Part shown: in pieces, positions 28,795-31,568 of the stretch
How positions within the stretch are numbered: position 1 is the first letter of the stretch
Layout of the letters: every line of letters begins with the position of its first letter
Source of the DNA: an uncultured Eubacteriales bacterium
GTDB taxonomy: Bacteria; Bacillota; Clostridia; Lachnospirales; Lachnospiraceae
Length of the DNA: 31,568 nucleotides
Assembly: GCA_900321525.1 (NCBI GenBank)
Contig: ONWL01000001.1
Coordinates: 1 to 31,568, forward strand
Reading direction: 5' to 3'
The notes under the pieces: generated by a model
The model's database searches: none
Seen by the model: the letters and a program-made list of their open reading frames with translations, nothing else
What the model was told of the DNA's origin: nothing
Translations under genes and position numbers: made by a program

Positions 28795-29370
28795 TTACTC
28801 GCAGACAGAATTCAATGCCAGACGAAGTGCCTGCATGTTGCCGTCTAATACCTCCGGCTTCTTGGCAAACTTATGCCGTAAGGATTCTTCCATTTCCTTT
28901 AAAAACACATCTTCTTCCATCACACCGGAAATCTTCACCATGCCTGCTAACATAGGGGTATTGGGGAAATACTTGCCCAGTGTGGCCATACAGACCTTAC
29001 GGGCATCAATGGTGTAAACTTTTCCTGTGTATCCATTTAAAAGCGGAAGAATTTCCTCCTTGCTGCGACTGGTGTTGATCAAAATGCCACCCTCCGGCTT
29101 CAAACCACTGGTCACATCTACTGCATTTAATAGTGTCTCATCCACCACTGCCACATAATCGGGATTGTGAATGTCACAATGCACCAGGATCGGCTCATCA
29201 CTAATTCTGTCATATGCGGTAATGGGTGCCCCCATACGCTCCGGACCGTACTCCGGAAACCCTTGTACATGGTTGCCAGTCTTAAATGCCACATCTGCTA
29301 ACAGCAATGCTGCAGTCTTTGCCCCCTGACCGCCTCTGCCATGCCAACGAAACTCCGTTAATTTACTCAT
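28795..29370 (-). CDS. porC: 2-oxoacid:ferredoxin oxidoreductase gamma subunit, 191 aa
   Basis: FRWHGRGGQGAKTA, PEYGPERMGAP, PDYVAVVDETL, PNTPMLAG. RBS AAGGAGG. Confidence 0.93.
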   Translation of the reverse strand: MSKLTEFRWHGRGGQGAKTAALLLADVAFKTGNHVQGFPEYGPERMGAPITAYDRISDEPILVHCDIHNPDYVAVVDETLLNAVDVTSGLKPEGGILINTSRSKEEILPLLNGYTGKVYTIDARKVCMATLGKYFPNTPMLAGMVKISGVMEEDVFLKEMEESLRHKFAKKPEVLDGNMQALRLALNSVCE

Positions 29371-29438
29371 GCTGCCTCCTTCTTATCTCTGCCATCACTG
29401 CCAGTTTCCTGTGTCGTAATAGCCAGTCTTACCTGTTT

Positions 29439-29510
29439 TGGCATCTACGAAAAATATGCACTTCTCTTCGTTGTAACCACTCCGGCAATGCAGATTTTTC
29501 GTAAATGCCA
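29439..29510 (-). promoter_or_regulatory. Long stem-loop in the por 5' leader
   Basis: 22-bp inverted repeat (29439-29460 / 29489-29510, 2 mismatches) with a 28-nt loop, lying between the promoter and the porC RBS. Confidence 0.7.
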
Positions 29511-29552
29511 GTATTTTTATGTCCTGCCCCTAAGCAGAAACATTCACTTTAT

Positions 29553-29581
29553 AGTATACCGTTATCCGGGGCACAGGTCAA
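29553..29581 (-). promoter_or_regulatory. Sigma-A promoter of the por-pduL operon
   Basis: TTGACC-N17-TATACT. Confidence 0.75.
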
Positions 29582-29598
29582 TCTGAAAAATCTCTCAA

Positions 29599-29655
29599 AC
29601 AAAAAACTGCCCAAAACAAGTTCCACCTCATTGGCAAACTCTGTTTCAGACAGTT
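29599..29655 (-). terminator. Terminator after the DUF2325 gene
   Basis: Minus strand AACTGTCTGAAACA...TGTTTTGGGCAGTT long imperfect stem followed by TTTT. Confidence 0.65.
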
Positions 29656-29675
29656 CTCCTTATTTCAAATGACTT

Positions 29676-29951
29676 TTATGCCATTGCCTGCAATGCACTG
29701 TGCAATGCAGAAACACTGCTGGAATTCACATGCAGAATCTCTGAGCCGTTCTTCTTGGCTTCCTTTACTGCTGCCATCCGCATCTTATGGGATACGGTAT
29801 TGGTAAATACAATCAGCAGATCCGGACATCCCACACGTCCTCTCAAAGAAGACTCCTTGGTGTATACCTTCGCCTTCCATCCAAAATCCGCACACACTTC
29901 ACTATATCTGCGTTCCATACGCTCATTGCCACCTATAATTACTGCACTCAT
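29676..29951 (-). CDS. DUF2325-family small protein, 91 aa
   Basis: MSAVIIGGNERMERRY...PDLLIVFTNTVSHKM...SSSVSAL pattern; RBS AGGAGG. Confidence 0.85.
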   Translation of the reverse strand: MSAVIIGGNERMERRYSEVCADFGWKAKVYTKESSLRGRVGCPDLLIVFTNTVSHKMRMAAVKEAKKNGSEILHVNSSSVSALHSALQAMA

Positions 29952-30034
29952 CTATTCCCTCCTGATTCTGCACCTCTACGTTTGTATTCAGTACCTTATT
30001 ATGTATCTATATTATTTCTTCTGGATCCTTTTAT

Positions 30035-30050
30035 GTTAGTTTTCGCTAAC
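30035..30050. promoter_or_regulatory. Palindromic operator GTTAG-N6-CTAAC (downstream copy)
   Basis: GTTAGTTTTCGCTAAC in the DUF2325 leader. Confidence 0.65.
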
Positions 30051-30126
30051 CATTCCTTTGAAAAAAAGTATCAATCCATTTCTTATGACGAACATTGAAT
30101 TGATACTATATGTTCAGCTTATCTTA

Positions 30127-30142
30127 GTTAGATTATACTAAC
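30127..30142. promoter_or_regulatory. Palindromic operator GTTAG-N6-CTAAC at the predicted transcription start
   Basis: GTTAGATTATACTAAC, 8 bp downstream of the -10. Confidence 0.7.
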
Positions 30143-30149
30143 AAGAATT

Positions 30150-30178
30150 ATACTATCATACTTCTTTCCCCCTGTCAA
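30150..30178 (-). promoter_or_regulatory. Sigma-A promoter for the DUF2325 gene
   Basis: TTGACA-N17-TAGTAT with an extended TG. Confidence 0.65.
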
Positions 30179-30252
30179 GCAGAAAATCAGGAAATTGGCA
30201 ACAAATGTTTCCCATTGACATTGCCACTTGATCAATCAATAACACCTAATCT

Positions 30253-30786
30253 TTATACCGTCACCAGAATCGGCTCATGCTCTAATGCGGGAATGATTTT
30301 TTCCTTAAAATCATTCATGCCAATCCGCAGACTGGATGTATTGATACAGGGGTGACATCCTATATAGTCTCCTTCCAGCACATCCCGGTCAATTAAGAGC
30401 TGCACCCGCTTTTCCTTGTCATTCATCAGCCCCAGTACACTCACCGAACCGGGTGTAATATCCAAAAACTGCTCCATATATTCCGGCTTTCCAAAAGACA
30501 GTCTGGCAGAACCAATCTGCCCGGAAATATCCCTGGTCTTAAACTTCTTATCATCCCGAATCATCAACAGATAAAAGACTGTTTCCTGTCTGTTGCACAG
30601 AAACAGATTTTTGCAAATGGTAGCTTCCAGAGCCTGGTCTACCTCTGCGCAATCCTCCATGGTCATGGCTGCATCATGATCAATCCGCTGGTACTTCACG
30701 CCCAGTTTATCTAAAAAATCATACACTCTCACTTCTTTTTCCAGTCTGCCACTGCAATCTGCCGGTCTTCCTTCCAGTAATTCCAT
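30253..30786 (-). CDS. Prolyl-tRNA editing protein (ProX/YbaK family), 177 aa
   Basis: HDAAMTM, ICKNLFL, RLSFG, PGSVSVLG, HPCINTSS. Start reset to 30786 behind AAGGAG. Confidence 0.88.
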   Translation of the reverse strand: MELLEGRPADCSGRLEKEVRVYDFLDKLGVKYQRIDHDAAMTMEDCAEVDQALEATICKNLFLCNRQETVFYLLMIRDDKKFKTRDISGQIGSARLSFGKPEYMEQFLDITPGSVSVLGLMNDKEKRVQLLIDRDVLEGDYIGCHPCINTSSLRIGMNDFKEKIIPALEHEPILVTV

Positions 30787-30902
30787 ATGTGTCTCCTTTT
30801 GTTTTGTCATGAACGGTCCGTATTTGCAAAACTTTCACACAAAACACGTTTCATCGGCCTGACACCTCTGTGGTATGCATATGTCCCACACAGTTCTCCT
30901 GT

Positions 30903-30931
30903 ATTATACCCTCTCCCTCCCATCCCGTCAA
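30903..30931 (-). promoter_or_regulatory. Sigma-A promoter for the ProX gene
   Basis: TTGACG-N17-TATAAT. Confidence 0.8.
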
Positions 30932-30955
30932 ATCTGTTTCATTTTCAGTCGTTAC

Positions 30956-30984
30956 TTGTACACATACATTTTTTATGTTACACT
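30956..30984 (+). promoter_or_regulatory. Sigma-A promoter for the rightmost ORF
   Basis: TTGTAC-N17-TACACT with an extended TG. Confidence 0.6.
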
Positions 30985-31036
30985 ATAGACATCAATTTGT
31001 GGTGTGACAGCACCACAAACGATATGGAGGTTATTT

Positions 31037-31568
31037 ATGAACATAATGATCCCTTATGGCAAAGCCATTTGTTACTCCGGCTATCGCCTTGGACAAAGTC
31101 CAAAGACAGAAATTCCGACAGTAGAGCAGATCGGAGAGGATCTGGAAATTCTGGTACAGGACGGATACCGCTATTTGCGCATGTATGACCCCAATCTGCA
31201 TGCCAGACGGGTTTTAGAAGCCATCCGCATTTACCATCTGCCCTTGCAATGCATGATTGGTATTGATTCCGATCCAGAGGTAAACAATCCAAACTGTCCA
31301 TGGGAAAAGCAGGAAATGACAGACAAAGAGCTGGAACAGAATCGTCTGCGCAACGATGCAGAACTGGAAAAGCTCGCGGTACTTGCAGAGCAGAACTCAC
31401 CGATAGCAACGCTCGTTAAGCAGGCTGTAGTGCCACAGCTCACCATTGACCTTAAACCATCACCACGTGTGAAAAAGGTAGAGGGTGAGACACTTGCGGG
31501 GCTGCGTGAGTACATCCACGGCAAGCGTCAGGCATTTCAGGCAAGTCGTGAAAAGCAGGAGAAACTGA
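31037..31568 (+). CDS. Partial ORF open to the window edge: GH17-like glycoside hydrolase N-terminus joined to unrelated-looking sequence
   Basis: Absent from the ORF track because it has no stop. RBS GGAGG; MNIMIPYGKAICYSGYRLGQSP...EDLEIL...YLRMYD...NNPNCPW...ELEKLAVLAEQ, then NSPIATLVKQ... where a VGNE catalytic motif would be expected. Confidence 0.6.
   Translation, partial: MNIMIPYGKAICYSGYRLGQSPKTEIPTVEQIGEDLEILVQDGYRYLRMYDPNLHARRVLEAIRIYHLPLQCMIGIDSDPEVNNPNCPWEKQEMTDKELEQNRLRNDAELEKLAVLAEQNSPIATLVKQAVVPQLTIDLKPSPRVKKVEGETLAGLREYIHGKRQAFQASREKQEKL

Noticed and set aside
29500-29546. TPP riboswitch ahead of the TPP-dependent por operon
   Set aside because: TAGGGG is present but the CUGAGA and AACCUGAU core elements are absent.
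30820-30860. Hammerhead-like core (CCGATGA...GAAA) in the ProX leader
   Set aside because: Core has C in place of the conserved U4, and stems II and III do not pair convincingly.

Overview
A 31.6-kb stretch from a spore-forming anaerobic Firmicute; gene style suggests Lachnospiraceae (inference). Left to right: (1) the end of an integrative mobile element (about 1-1930), with a DUF6017-type Rep/replisome-organiser gene, a decayed gene and integrase arm-like direct repeats; (2) an alpha-glucan/maltodextrin locus (2059-21323) encoding a GH13 oligo-1,6-glucosidase, MalQ, a GH133-type debranching glucosidase, a MalEFG-like ABC importer with both permeases broken, a YesN/YesM-type two-component pair with a second binding lipoprotein, a HAD hydrolase, an AraC regulator and a glucan phosphorylase, with spoIIID embedded in it; (3) a hypothetical gene with a sigma-G-like promoter, degV and type III glutamine synthetase; (4) a four-subunit 2-oxoacid:ferredoxin oxidoreductase operon (gamma-delta-alpha-beta) ending in a PduL-type phosphotransacylase with no microcompartment genes in the window; (5) a DUF2325 gene with twin GTTAG-N6-CTAAC boxes, a ProX/YbaK editing protein, and a GH17-like ORF that switches to unrelated-looking sequence about 175 bp before the window end. 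There are no rRNA, tRNA or CRISPR features. I see no clearly new molecular machine. The best leads are the por+pduL acyl-phosphate module and its structured leader, the SBP/kinase/regulator three-component candidate, the twin operators, and the sporulation promoters overlapping stop codons. Family calls come from motif recognition, not database searches.
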